Assembly (NCBI GenBank): GCA_963663275.1
Contig: OY760183.1
Span: 1,888,001 to 1,952,000, forward strand
Reading direction: 5' to 3'
Length of the DNA stretch: 64,000 nucleotides
From: Chloroflexota bacterium
Lineage (GTDB): Bacteria; Chloroflexota; UBA11872; VXOZ01
The position numbers were made by a program, and so were the translations under genes. The stretch's first letter is position 1, and every line of letters begins with the position of its first letter. Positions 10,520-20,776 of this stretch are shown here, piece after piece. The notes beneath the pieces are model-generated. The model searched no databases and had not been told where the DNA came from. It saw only the letters and a list, made by a program, of their open reading frames with translations.

Positions 10520-12007
10520 CTACTGCCGCAGCATCTCCTGCATGGCGATCGACACCTGCTGGGCCGCCTCGGCCACGCTGCTTTCGCCGCTCAAGATCGG
10601 CGTCATGAGGTGTTGCATGAACAAGGAATCCAAGTAAGGGGCGAGCAGAGGCGGCACGCCGCGGCTGTAGCCGAGCGCGTTGGCGATGATGGTGGCGTCC
10701 TCGATTCTCAAGCTGGGCCGCACCTGCTTGATGCGTTCGCCGCTTACGTTATAGACCGGATAGCCGAAGAAGGACACGGGCAACTGGGAGAGTTCACGGG
10801 AGAGCACCATGGCCGCCTGCGCCGCCAGTCCCGTATCCTTGGCCTGCGCGCCCACGCCGATGCCCGCGGTCGGCGCCACTTGCGTGGCCTGGCGCGCGTC
10901 GACCGGCAGCGGCGCGGCGTGGATTTGCTCCGCGCCCAGTCCTTGCCTGCCGCCGGAACGCACGGCCGTTGCCAGGCGCGCCGTCGCGCTGGGCTGCGCG
11001 CCGCCGCCTCCCCCGCCGCCGCCACCGCCCCGCTGGGGCAGTTCATCGAAACTGAGCACTTGCATGCCGTTGCGGTTGGAACTCATGAAGGCGAAGGAAC
11101 CCGCCGGCGGATTTGGCGCGATCTGGTGGAACGTCATCATGTCGCGCCACATTTCGATGCCCTTGAGCGCGGCGGGTTCGGAGAGCCGAACGGCGCCATT
11201 CTGGGCGTCGAAGACTTCGCCGCCGTGACTCCAGATGAGGCTGAGCAGCATGGGCACGGAGGCGTGGGCATACGTTCCCCACTGCCCGCCATCGTCATCG
11301 CTGAAGGTCAGGCTCTTGCCCGCTTCGATCATCTGCGTCCAGGTCCAGGCGCCGGTGGGCGCCGGCACGCCGGCGTCGGCGAGCAGGACCGCGTCGTACG
11401 TCAGCGTGTTGATGGAACTGGAGAGCGGCAAGACGAGCACTTGGCCCTGCCAGGTCACGGCCTCCAGCGCCCCCGGGGCAAACGCGGAAAGGTCGATGCT
11501 GCCGTCAACGCGGGTGGCCTGCTCGAACGGCTCGATAATGCCTTCCTCGAGGAGGAGCGGCAGTTCGCGTATGGTGCTGATCATCAGCAGGTCGGGGAGC
11601 GGGTCGCCGCTGGCCATTTCCCCGCTGGCCGCCGCCTCGTTGAGCGTTTCGGCAATCGGACTGAACGGCGTGGGCGTCGGCTCGGCATTGTTGGCCGTGC
11701 CAAAGAAGGCGGCAAAGTTGAACGCCGGCCCCGGCGGCACGACGGTCAGATTGACCTCCATCCGGAAGCCCAGGTTCTGGTCGTTGATTTCGTTGGCGGC
11801 CGCTTGGACGTTGGCCAGGATGTTGCCGGCCTGGGCGGCCTGAAAGTTGGCGCCCTGCCCTTGTCCCTGGGCCAGAAAGACCGCTACGCTGACCGTCTTA
11901 TCGCCGGAATCCCCGCCGACCAAATCTTCGAAGAAGCCGCAGCCGGAAGCGATGCTTGCCGCCAACGGCACGCCACCGGCCACCTTGAGAAACGAACGTC
12001 GCGTCAT
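10520..12007 (-). CDS. Extracellular solute-binding lipoprotein (family 1, sugar-type) with Tat signal
   Basis: MTRRSFLK Tat motif, ASGC lipobox, LPDLL...LPL...TLTYD..LL..AGV..PT..WTW; GAGGGG RBS. Confidence 0.75.
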   Translation of the reverse strand: MTRRSFLKVAGGVPLAASIASGCGFFEDLVGGDSGDKTVSVAVFLAQGQGQGANFQAAQAGNILANVQAAANEINDQNLGFRMEVNLTVVPPGPAFNFAAFFGTANNAEPTPTPFSPIAETLNEAAASGEMASGDPLPDLLMISTIRELPLLLEEGIIEPFEQATRVDGSIDLSAFAPGALEAVTWQGQVLVLPLSSSINTLTYDAVLLADAGVPAPTGAWTWTQMIEAGKSLTFSDDDGGQWGTYAHASVPMLLSLIWSHGGEVFDAQNGAVRLSEPAALKGIEMWRDMMTFHQIAPNPPAGSFAFMSSNRNGMQVLSFDELPQRGGGGGGGGGGAQPSATARLATAVRSGGRQGLGAEQIHAAPLPVDARQATQVAPTAGIGVGAQAKDTGLAAQAAMVLSRELSQLPVSFFGYPVYNVSGERIKQVRPSLRIEDATIIANALGYSRGVPPLLAPYLDSLFMQHLMTPILSGESSVAEAAQQVSIAMQEMLRQ

Positions 12008-12246
12008 TGCCACCTTGCAGTACCCCCTCGCGCGCAATCGCGCATTCTTGCGGTTACCGACCGCATACTCCTACTCCGCCCGTCTCGCGCGGAGAAACTC
12101 TCACACGCCTCAGCGTCCCACACTGCACGTTACACGGGGAATATCAAGAAAGTGTGAATGTGGGCCGGCGGCCCGTGGGAAATGGGACGATCGTTGCCTC
12201 AAGCCGGGCGCAAACGCGGGCTTGCCGCCGGAACAATCCGGCCGCC

Positions 12247-12732
12247 TCACTCGTGCAGCGTGCGTATCATTGCGATTTCGTCGCACTTGGAGAACTTCGG
12301 GCAGCGGTAGCATTCCTGCCAAACCTTGATAGAAAGCGTGTCGCGTTCCACGCGGCGGAAGCCGCACTTTTCGAAGAAGCGGGGTTCCAGCGTGAGCGTG
12401 AAGACGGTCTTGATGCCAAGGGCGCGGGCTTCGGCGACGCAGGCGTCTACGAGTTGGCGTCCGATGCCTTGTCCCTGGTACTCCGGCAGCACCGCCAGGC
12501 CGCGCACCTCGGCCAGGTCTTTCCACATGACGTGCAGGGCGCAGCAGCCGGCCACGGCGTCGTCCTGCCGCCAGACCACGTAGTCGCGGATGCCGCCGTA
12601 AAGCTCCGCCAGCGAACGAAAGAGCATGCGGTTCTGCTTGGCGTAGTAGTCGATGATCTGCTTCATTGCGGGCACGTCCGCCACTTGCGCCCGTTCCGCC
12701 GTGCTGGTGTCGATGAGCCGTACTGTTGCCAC
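12247..12732 (-). CDS. GNAT N-acetyltransferase, short ArgA-like amino-acid N-acetyltransferase
   Basis: LAEVRGLAVLPEYQGQGIGRQLV, VFTLT, KVWQECYRCPKFSKCDEIAM; GTG start with AAGGA RBS. Confidence 0.8.
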   Translation of the reverse strand: MATVRLIDTSTAERAQVADVPAMKQIIDYYAKQNRMLFRSLAELYGGIRDYVVWRQDDAVAGCCALHVMWKDLAEVRGLAVLPEYQGQGIGRQLVDACVAEARALGIKTVFTLTLEPRFFEKCGFRRVERDTLSIKVWQECYRCPKFSKCDEIAMIRTLHE

Positions 12733-13002
12733 GTTGCCGAATCCTTGAATGCCTGAGAGTTTGTCGCCGGATAAGAGAGAAGAGCCTACCTTAACCATAC
12801 TAACGCAAGCGTCAACATCGTGAAAGCGAGAGAGGCGCGTTTGGAAATTGACCGAGGCAGGCAGGCCAAGTCTGCCTGATTCATGCGATTGACGCCAATT
12901 ACACAGGTGTAGGGGCACGACATGTCGTGCCCCTACACCTGTGTATCGGGTCTTGATGGGGATGGTGATCCCATTAATGCCCCGCAACCCATCGATCTCC
13001 CA

Positions 13003-13183
13003 AGAAGGCGGGGGACAAGCCCCCGGGGTACGGGATGGGAGAGCCCCAGGAGGCGGAGGACGAGCCCCCGCGCTACGGGGATGAGAGAGTTCTAGAAGGC
13101 GGAGGACGAGCCCCCGCGCTACGGGGTGGGAGAGTCTCAGGAGGCGGGGGACGAGCCCCCGCGCTACGGGGTGGGAGAGTTTA
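13003..13183. repeat. Four tandem 45-46 bp units, each carrying the REP GGCGG(G/A)GGAC(A/G)AGCCCCCGCGCTAC
   Basis: Read directly; the spacers are near-identical to one another. Confidence 0.9.
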
Positions 13184-13254
13184 CCGATTCAGTGGGAGAC
13201 TGGGAAGAGGCTAAGGCACTGGGAAGAGGTGAAGGCAATGGTAGTCGGGGGCGC

Positions 13255-16200
13255 TTAGTTTGGTTCCACGCGGTAGATTGTGACCCGTTCGTTGCGGAAG
13301 ACGGGGATGATGCCGAGGCCGGCCATTTGCTCGAATTTCTCCAGGCCGGCGCCGGTGTAGTAGGCGCGTTCCAGGTCGCCCAGGTAGACGTAGTCCACGC
13401 CGTATTGCCGCAGCAGCGCCAACGCCTGGGAGAGGTCGGCGGTCTCATAGATCGTCTGCACGTCCTGGCGGCGCTGCTCGATCATGGGGCGGTATTCCGC
13501 GCGCTGGAGCCATTCGTGGGAATCCCAGCCCAGCACCGCGGGCAGGCCGGTGTGGATGGAGACCCGCGCGCCCCAGCGGAAGTAGGGGATGGTGGCTTCC
13601 AAGACCGTGGGCGTGCCATCCACGTGATCTTGCAGCCAGCGGATTGCCTCCAGATCCCACTTGAGGGGGATTTGGCGGTCCTGGTCCACAATCACGGCCT
13701 GCTCCATGAACGCCGCGCCGTCCAACGTCCTCAGTTCCGGCACGAGCCGTTGCTCGGCGCGGTCAGGCACGGCCGAGAGCGGGTAGACGAGGCCCACCAG
13801 GACCAGCAGCGCGCTCACGGCTAGTAGGGTGCGCCGCGTGATGGCGGATGCGTGCCGCCAGATGAGCGGCAACGATACCGCGGCCGCCAGCGCCAGCAGA
13901 TTCCAGGCCTGGAGATAGAACTTGAAGACGGTGTTCATGCGCCCTACGTCGCCCTCGATGGCGAGAAACTCAGGAAAGATGCCCAAGAGCGCCGCCAACG
14001 CCACCATTCCGGCCACCAGGCGCGCGGGACGCGCCCCGAGGGATGGGGAGGACTGCGGCGTTTTGCGCCGTCGTTTGCCCGAGCGCGGCGGTCGCGCACT
14101 GCGGGATTCCTGGGCGGTATGGGGCGCAAACGCCACTACCAGCGCCAGCGCCATGACCACCAGGAGCGCCAGCACGAGCGGCCGCTGCACCAGCCAGATG
14201 CCAAGCGCCGCCAGCAGCACGATCAAACCGCCTACCAAGCGCAGATCCACGGTGGCCCGCCAGCGTGGCAGCGCGCACCACAGGAAGACGGCGGTGAAGA
14301 AGAGCGGTACGGCGTGAATTACCAGGTACTGCCACAGCGGCGTTTGGTCGTCGATGCCAACGATGCCGAGGAAGAAGGTCTGGTAATGGTCGAGGTAGGG
14401 GCCGAAGGCGATGCGCCCCACGAGGAACAAGCCGAGGGCAGCCGTCCCCACCCGCACCCACGCCGGTATCTCCAGGCGCATGAGGCCCCGGCGCTCCACC
14501 AACACCACCGCTCCCCCTATCAGCAGAGCGTAGGTGGGGTAGTCCCAGGTATTCGCCGTACGGAGAAAGCCGAGCACGAAACCGCCGAGCAGCAGCAGCG
14601 GCAAGGTTGGAAAGCGCAGCAGCGGACGCAGCCACGTCAGTACGGAAGAACCGGCGGCCCGGGCCGCGTCGTCCTCGTCGGTGCGGTAGCTGAGGACGAA
14701 CGCCAGGGCAAGCGCGGGCATCAGCATGGTAAACGGCAGCGCCAGCACGTGGGGGTGAAGGTCGCCGTAGAGAAAGCTGAAGAAAGGGAACTCGTGGATG
14801 GCGCCCTCGATGAGGCGCGTGCTGTGCCAGTAGTCGAAACCCGGCGCCGGGCGGCCCCGCAGGATGTTGCCCAGGGCCTCACCCAGCCAGGCGAGGCCGG
14901 CGGGCGCGGCGCCGTCCTCGCCGCGCAGGCGCGCAAACCATTGCAGCGCGCCGTCCGCGTTGCCCAGCAGCGCCGCGAAGACGATTGCGCTGAGTCCGGC
15001 CAGCAGGCGCATCTTGCGTTCCGCCTGCCGCCAGACCGCGCTGCCAAACGTGTAGAGGTTCGCCGCGAACAGCGCCGCCACCAGCGGCACGACCAGGTTG
15101 AAGGCCACGGACGGCACGATGCCGAGCAGGCGAATCAGCGTGCTGAACACCTGATGCCCCATGTAGTAATAGTTGATGTATCCCCCGGCAAACCAGGGGT
15201 CGTAGGGCGGGTATTGACCGGCTTTGACGAGGGCGTTCATGTGGGCGAAGTCCATCGGCTTTTCGCCGCCAAAGTAGGGATGCCAGAGGTCGGGATTGGT
15301 CAGGCGCACCCACAGGAAGAAGAGGAACGCGCCACTGAAGACCGCCTCGCTGATGAGTATTTCCGCGCGGTGTTCGCGCAGAAACTGGGCAAACTGCCCC
15401 CGCGCGCGCCGCACAAGCCACGCGCCGGCCGCGGCGAGCAGCGCGAAAGTGAGCCAGGTCCCGGCGCGGCCGGCGTTCAGCAGGCCGCTGCTTCCCATCA
15501 AGAAGGGCACGTACGCCAGCAGCAGCAGCCCGACGCTCTTTGCCAGCAGATAGCCCCGGTCCGGCATCATGGGCAGCATGGGCCACAGCAGCGGCCACGC
15601 AAGCCAGCCAATGAGCAGCACCGCCAGCCACCAGACCAGCCACGGCGCGGCGTTGACGATGCCGTCACGGTTGAAGTAGGCGGACCAGGTGCCCCGCTCC
15701 GCGACTTCCGACCGCCGGGCATCGGTGAGCATGAGGCCGTTGTAGGTCAACTGCTGCGGCGAGAGGGCATGGTACAGGGTCGTCAGGTGGGGCGCCAGAA
15801 GCGCGCGCACCCGCGCCGGATCATAGGCGGCGGTCTTCTTGAAGAGGTAGACCCCCGGATGGTCGAAGACCTTGAATTGCTCCTCCGCACGGCTGTCGTT
15901 GATTTCCCAGCCGAAGAGCCGGGGATAGCCGGTGAAGGCTTGAGCCGGTTCGAAACCCAGGCTGCCGGCGAAGAGATGACGGTAGTAATGCCCCATCATG
16001 GGGAAGCGCGCCGGCAGGCCTTGAAGCGTGGTGTGGGTGCGGCCGCTGCTGATCACGACGTAGTCCGCCTGATTCAGCGCCTCGATCATCTCATCCAGCT
16101 TGCCGGCGTTGTCCGGATAGAAGACGGGAATCTGGACGTACTTGTACCGCTCCGGGGCCAGTTCCTGCCCCGGCAGCCGCAATGGCAGCCCGTCGTCCCA

Positions 16201-17916
16201 GTGCTCCACCGCCAGTACCGCGTCGGCCGGCACCACGCGGTAGATCCAATGGCTGGCGCGCACTCGTGTGGTCGGTTCGGCGTAGATGCGGGTGTAGGCA
16301 AAGGCCCACGCCAGCGTGCCGAGCAGCACGAGGGCGGCGACGCCAACGGCGAGGTGGGGCAAGAAACGCTCGCGGGAGGATGGATTCCCGCTTTCGCGGG
16401 AATGACGGGACGGCGTGGAGTTGCTTTCGCGGGAATGTCGGGACGGCGTGGAGTTGCTCTCGCGGGAGTTACCGGATGGCGGGCTGCCGCTCTTGGAGAC
16501 GTGGCGGGATGCGGCGTTGCCGCTTTCAGCGGACTGAACAGAGGGTGGGCTATCACTGCCGCGAGCGCGGCGAGAAGGTGGGACCAAGCTGTCGCGGACG
16601 TGGCGCGCGTACCGCCGCAGGCGGCGCGCCCAGGCGTGCGCGTTGCCCTGGGCAATCTGGTAGGCCAGCCAGCAGAGGAACACGCCGCCGAGCACGGCGA
16701 AGGCCGGGTAGATGGGCAGAAAATAGCGTCCGGGCTTGGCGAACTGGATGGCTTGGTAGACATAATGGACGCTCACCCACACAACCACGGGCACGAAGAC
16801 GAGCGCGCGATGCCGCAAAACGCGCCAAATTGCCCAGAACAGTCCGAGCCAGGCCACGGCGGCAAAGGCCCACCCCATCTCCCAGAAGAACATCTGTTCG
16901 ATGGGAAAGAGCGCGTAGTCCGTGCGCGCCCAGCTATATGACGGCGGGAAGTCCACCGTGCCTCCCGCCAGCAAGCGCAGCGTCTCGATATCCTGCGTGT
17001 AGCGCTCATCGGGCCGGGGATCCCACCAGAAGGGAGAGCGGAAGACGTAGGGCAACAGCAGGCGGAGGACACCGTAGACCATAATGCCGCCCAGGAGCGC
17101 GTGTCCGGCAAGTCGCGCCAGCAGGCGCGGGGTGAGGGCCAACGGCGGGGGCGGATTCGACGCAGCCGGATGGGTCTCGCGCCAGGCCCGCAGCAGGAAG
17201 GCCGCGCCGATGGCAAAGGCCAGCATCGCCACGCCGAGTTTGCTCGCCAGCGCCAGACCGGCGACGATGCTGAGGCCAACCAGGTTGTACCAGCGTCCTT
17301 CCTCCTGCCAGCGCAGCGCCCACCAGAGGGCGATAGTGGCAAAGCACGTCACCCAGATGTCGGTTGTATAGAAGTGCGCCTGTTGGATCGATTGCACCGC
17401 GCCGGCGTAGAGTCCGGCGGCCAGCGCCCCGGCCCAGAGGCCGCCCAGACGCCGCGCGATGAGAAAGACGAAGACGATTGTCAGCACGTCGAGCGCGGCG
17501 GTGAGGAAACGGCCGACGAGGTGCGCGCCGTCGTAGACGTCCTTGTCGACCAGCCCGGCCACGGCTTTCGTGACGAACAGGGGCAGTGTGCCGTAGACGA
17601 ACGAGCCGATGCCCTGGTTATAGGGATTCAGGGGCGAGGTAGCCGCGTCGAAGTACTGCGGGATGGATTCCGGCCACCGCACTTGGGCGGTGGTGATGGT
17701 GATGTGCCGCTCGTCCGGGTGGAGATGCGTGCCGGAATCCCAGTCCAGGCCGGTGAAGCGAAACCACGCGCCCACCAGGAGAAACAGGGCGAGCAACAGC
17801 CACGGCCCGTACCGGGGAAGCAAGGAGGGGTTGAAGTACGACGTCAGCGGCGGCGCGTCCCGCCGGGAGCGGCCTCTCTGCTTGCGTCGTGCGGCGGAAG
17901 CGGCGCGGCGACTCAT
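13255..17916 (-). CDS. Large membrane glycosyltransferase: GT-C/PMT-like N-module plus DUF2298 (YYY) domain
   Basis: HLHPDER, GGEKPMDFA, PPYDPWFAGGYINYYYMG, HEFPFFSFLYGDLHPH, RMNTVFKFY; many TM helices. Confidence 0.85.
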   Translation of the reverse strand: MSRRAASAARRKQRGRSRRDAPPLTSYFNPSLLPRYGPWLLLALFLLVGAWFRFTGLDWDSGTHLHPDERHITITTAQVRWPESIPQYFDAATSPLNPYNQGIGSFVYGTLPLFVTKAVAGLVDKDVYDGAHLVGRFLTAALDVLTIVFVFLIARRLGGLWAGALAAGLYAGAVQSIQQAHFYTTDIWVTCFATIALWWALRWQEEGRWYNLVGLSIVAGLALASKLGVAMLAFAIGAAFLLRAWRETHPAASNPPPPLALTPRLLARLAGHALLGGIMVYGVLRLLLPYVFRSPFWWDPRPDERYTQDIETLRLLAGGTVDFPPSYSWARTDYALFPIEQMFFWEMGWAFAAVAWLGLFWAIWRVLRHRALVFVPVVVWVSVHYVYQAIQFAKPGRYFLPIYPAFAVLGGVFLCWLAYQIAQGNAHAWARRLRRYARHVRDSLVPPSRRARGSDSPPSVQSAESGNAASRHVSKSGSPPSGNSRESNSTPSRHSRESNSTPSRHSRESGNPSSRERFLPHLAVGVAALVLLGTLAWAFAYTRIYAEPTTRVRASHWIYRVVPADAVLAVEHWDDGLPLRLPGQELAPERYKYVQIPVFYPDNAGKLDEMIEALNQADYVVISSGRTHTTLQGLPARFPMMGHYYRHLFAGSLGFEPAQAFTGYPRLFGWEINDSRAEEQFKVFDHPGVYLFKKTAAYDPARVRALLAPHLTTLYHALSPQQLTYNGLMLTDARRSEVAERGTWSAYFNRDGIVNAAPWLVWWLAVLLIGWLAWPLLWPMLPMMPDRGYLLAKSVGLLLLAYVPFLMGSSGLLNAGRAGTWLTFALLAAAGAWLVRRARGQFAQFLREHRAEILISEAVFSGAFLFFLWVRLTNPDLWHPYFGGEKPMDFAHMNALVKAGQYPPYDPWFAGGYINYYYMGHQVFSTLIRLLGIVPSVAFNLVVPLVAALFAANLYTFGSAVWRQAERKMRLLAGLSAIVFAALLGNADGALQWFARLRGEDGAAPAGLAWLGEALGNILRGRPAPGFDYWHSTRLIEGAIHEFPFFSFLYGDLHPHVLALPFTMLMPALALAFVLSYRTDEDDAARAAGSSVLTWLRPLLRFPTLPLLLLGGFVLGFLRTANTWDYPTYALLIGGAVVLVERRGLMRLEIPAWVRVGTAALGLFLVGRIAFGPYLDHYQTFFLGIVGIDDQTPLWQYLVIHAVPLFFTAVFLWCALPRWRATVDLRLVGGLIVLLAALGIWLVQRPLVLALLVVMALALVVAFAPHTAQESRSARPPRSGKRRRKTPQSSPSLGARPARLVAGMVALAALLGIFPEFLAIEGDVGRMNTVFKFYLQAWNLLALAAAVSLPLIWRHASAITRRTLLAVSALLVLVGLVYPLSAVPDRAEQRLVPELRTLDGAAFMEQAVIVDQDRQIPLKWDLEAIRWLQDHVDGTPTVLEATIPYFRWGARVSIHTGLPAVLGWDSHEWLQRAEYRPMIEQRRQDVQTIYETADLSQALALLRQYGVDYVYLGDLERAYYTGAGLEKFEQMAGLGIIPVFRNERVTIYRVEPN

Positions 17917-19118
17917 GTTACCCCTTGCGCGCGGCGCACAGCCTGCGTTGCTGCCGCAAGTTCGGGCGCGCGGTCGTCGTGAGCGATCCGGTTTGTGCGG
18001 TAGAGTTCTTCATGCAGGTCAACGGTGCGCTCGCAGTCGAATATGCTTGCTATTTCGGCGCGCGGCTTGGTAAAGCTGGCGGGATCGTCCAGCACCGCCA
18101 GCAGCGCCTCCGCCAATGCGGCGCTGTCGCCCGGCGGCGCGATGCGCCCCATGCCGGTCAGACGCACCGGTTGACGACAGCCGGGCAAATCCGACGCCAC
18201 TACCGGCGTGCCGCAGAGCATGGCCTCCACCTGCACGATGCCGAACGATTCCATGGGATTGATGCTCGGTAGGGTGAGCACGTCGCACGCGGCGTAGAAG
18301 GCGGCGAGGTCTTTCCCCTCCTGGTGGCCCAGCAATACGACGCTATCGCCGAACGCCTCGAGGCGGGAGCGCAACTGCTCGTAGTAATTCTCCCCCACCA
18401 CGTTGCGGTACTCGCCCGCGATGACCAGGCGCGCCTCCGGCAGGCGGCGCTGCACGGCGGCAAGCGCGTCGAAGAGGACGTGGAGGCCCTTCTGTTCGGC
18501 AAAGCGACCGGCAAAGCCGATGAGCGGCCCCTCCAGGCCGTGGGCGCGGCGGAAGGCGTCGGCGTCTTCCGCAGTGACGGCCTCGATCTCCACCGGCGGA
18601 TGAATGACGGCTGTCTTGTCAAGATGGTGAGAGAGCAGGTATGAGTGCTCGGCAAAGTCCCAGGTGTAGGAGCAGAGCCAGTCGGCGCGGCGGGCGGCAA
18701 AGCCCTGCATCAGGTTGACCGCGGCCCCCGCCGCGCGGTTGACGATGCCGGCGGGCAGGTGAAGGTCGGTGTGGGCGGTGAGTACGAGCGGCCGGCGTCC
18801 CCGGTTCACCAGGGCCGCGTACGCCGCCTCGAAGTACGGCAGGTGGACGTGCACGACGTCGTGGTCGGCCAAGCGCCGGCTCAGCGAGGTGAAGAGCGCG
18901 GGCATAACCGGCCCTTTGCTCACGCGCACAAGCTCCGGCAGACGCAACACGCGCACACCCTCCAGCCGCTCCTCCGCCGGCAGCGCCGGGTGGTGCCGGG
19001 ACGTGAGCGCCGTAACCGTATGGCCGCGCTGGGCAAGCCCCCGGGCGACGCGGTGCATGTAGGCCGTGATGCCGCTGCTGTGAGGCAGATAGTAGGTTGT
19101 GAGATAGATGATTCGCAT
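17913..19118 (-). CDS. Glycosyltransferase family 4 (GT-B)
   Basis: FAGRFAEQKG, ESFGIVQVEAMLCGTPVVASDLPG. Confidence 0.9.
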   Translation of the reverse strand: MRIIYLTTYYLPHSSGITAYMHRVARGLAQRGHTVTALTSRHHPALPAEERLEGVRVLRLPELVRVSKGPVMPALFTSLSRRLADHDVVHVHLPYFEAAYAALVNRGRRPLVLTAHTDLHLPAGIVNRAAGAAVNLMQGFAARRADWLCSYTWDFAEHSYLLSHHLDKTAVIHPPVEIEAVTAEDADAFRRAHGLEGPLIGFAGRFAEQKGLHVLFDALAAVQRRLPEARLVIAGEYRNVVGENYYEQLRSRLEAFGDSVVLLGHQEGKDLAAFYAACDVLTLPSINPMESFGIVQVEAMLCGTPVVASDLPGCRQPVRLTGMGRIAPPGDSAALAEALLAVLDDPASFTKPRAEIASIFDCERTVDLHEELYRTNRIAHDDRAPELAAATQAVRRAQGVT

Positions 19119-19496
19119 GTTCGCTCGGTGGTGCGCAGGCTCACTCTACGATAGCGTCTTTGGGGTAGCGGTGTCACCTTTCGCGGCAGGCGGACGCTAC
19201 GCCGGCGGCGCTTGGGACTTGTGCAAAACCGCCGCGCCGCGCCAATGATGGGCGCGCAACGGGTTGGATGGGGTAGACTGTTCTGGGCGGACGGCGCTTG
19301 AGCGGCCGGGTGCGCCTTGCTTGTCGCTTCGCAGCGCCTTTTGGGCAAGGTTTAGGCGATTGCCGTTCTTTGCTTTGCGGTTCGAATGGCGAGCGCAATC
19401 TGCGTGATCAGATGCTCGGACGAATCCGAAATTGGAAGCGCGCACATTCAATCGTGCGCAGCGCGTCCGGCGGCGTGAAAGTAAACGGATCCCACG

Positions 19497-20324
19497 ATGA
19501 ACGCTCCCCCCGAGGCGGCGGTTGCCGCGCTTCTGGCGCACGAGATCGATCCGGCGTTCGCCTGCCGGGCCGGCCTGATTCTGCGTCATCTGAGCGCGGC
19601 CGGCGCCGGCAACATTCTGGACGTAGGCTGCGGCCGCGGGTTCTACGCCAAGGCCGTTAGCTCGCTCTATCCGCGGGCCGCCGTGGTCGGGGTGGACTAT
19701 AGCGCCGACCACCTTGCCGTTGCCCGGGGGCAGACCCCGGCAGCGGGTTTCGCCCGCGCCGACGCCCGCACGCTGCCCTTTCCCGATGGGGCGTTCGACG
19801 CGGTCGTCTGCTCCGAAGTGCTGGAACACATCGTGGAGGATGACCTGGCGCTCAGCGAAATCGGCCGCGTGCTCAGCGACGACGGGCTGCTGCTTATCTC
19901 CGTGCCCCACCGGCGGTATCCGCTTCTCTGGGATCCGCTCAACTGGATACTGGAGCGCGCCTTCGGCAGGCACGTGCCCGCGCACATCTGGTGGCTGGCG
20001 GGCATCTGGGCCGATCACGTGCGGCTCTATACGTCCGCTGAACTCACGGGCGCGGTGCGCGCCGCCGGGTTCGAACTGGAAGAGGTGTGGTTTACGACGC
20101 CCCGCTGCCTGCCGTTTGCGCACTTTGCGCTCTACGGCATCGGCAAGAATCTGGTCGAACGGGGTTACTGTGCCTCCTGCAACCGCTTCGGCCAAGAGCA
20201 GGGAGGCTCCCGCCTCTTTCGATGGGCGCGGCGGCTGTTGTACGCGTTCGACGACCCGCAACCGGCGCGCACCGCCGAGACCGCTTCCGTCGGCATCGTG
20301 TTGAAAGCGCGCAAACGGGGCTGA
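19497..20324 (+). CDS. Class I SAM-dependent methyltransferase
   Basis: ILDVGCGRG, LPFPDGAFDAVVCSEVLEHI. Confidence 0.85.
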   Translation: MNAPPEAAVAALLAHEIDPAFACRAGLILRHLSAAGAGNILDVGCGRGFYAKAVSSLYPRAAVVGVDYSADHLAVARGQTPAAGFARADARTLPFPDGAFDAVVCSEVLEHIVEDDLALSEIGRVLSDDGLLLISVPHRRYPLLWDPLNWILERAFGRHVPAHIWWLAGIWADHVRLYTSAELTGAVRAAGFELEEVWFTTPRCLPFAHFALYGIGKNLVERGYCASCNRFGQEQGGSRLFRWARRLLYAFDDPQPARTAETASVGIVLKARKRG

Positions 20325-20534
20325 ATTCGAGCCGCGCCGCCGGAGCACGGGAATTCCGCTTAGGGCTATGTCTGTCACGCGGGGTAGGGGCACGACATGT
20401 CGTGCCCCTACCCCTTTGCCGCCCCTTCTAACCCGTAGCGCGGGGGCTTGTCCCCCGCCTCATGGGAAGCGGTGAGGAGAAGCCTTGTCCCCCGCCTCAT
20501 AGGCAGCGATAGGGCGAGGTCTTGTCCCCAATGT

Positions 20535-20687
20535 TGTCGCACTAATCGCTATAAGAGTGAAGAATGTGCCTCCTTCTCCGGTAGCGCAGGTTCGCACGAG
20601 ACGTGCGCATAACCTGCGTCTTCCGTAGGGTCAATCGATTCCGTTCTCGTGTTTCTTATTCCGGCGGGGGACAAGCCCCCGCGCTAC
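20535..20687 (-). mobile_element. Composite MITE/REPIN-like element, copy 1 (inverted relative to the others)
   Basis: Shares the REP GTAGCGCGGGGGCTTGTCCCCCGC, an identical 34-nt hairpin and the TGCGACAAC end with the copies at 29024 and 40531. Confidence 0.7.
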
Positions 20688-20776
20688 ATTTACGCTCATG
20701 GGAAGGCGGTAGGGCGAGGCCTTGTGCCTCGCCTCTTGGCGCGAAAATGCTATCACCGGCTTAGAGCGCGCCTGGC

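Noticed and set aside
13003-13183. CRISPR array
   Set aside because: The inter-repeat segments are short and nearly identical, the repeat is a dispersed REP family and there are no cas genes.
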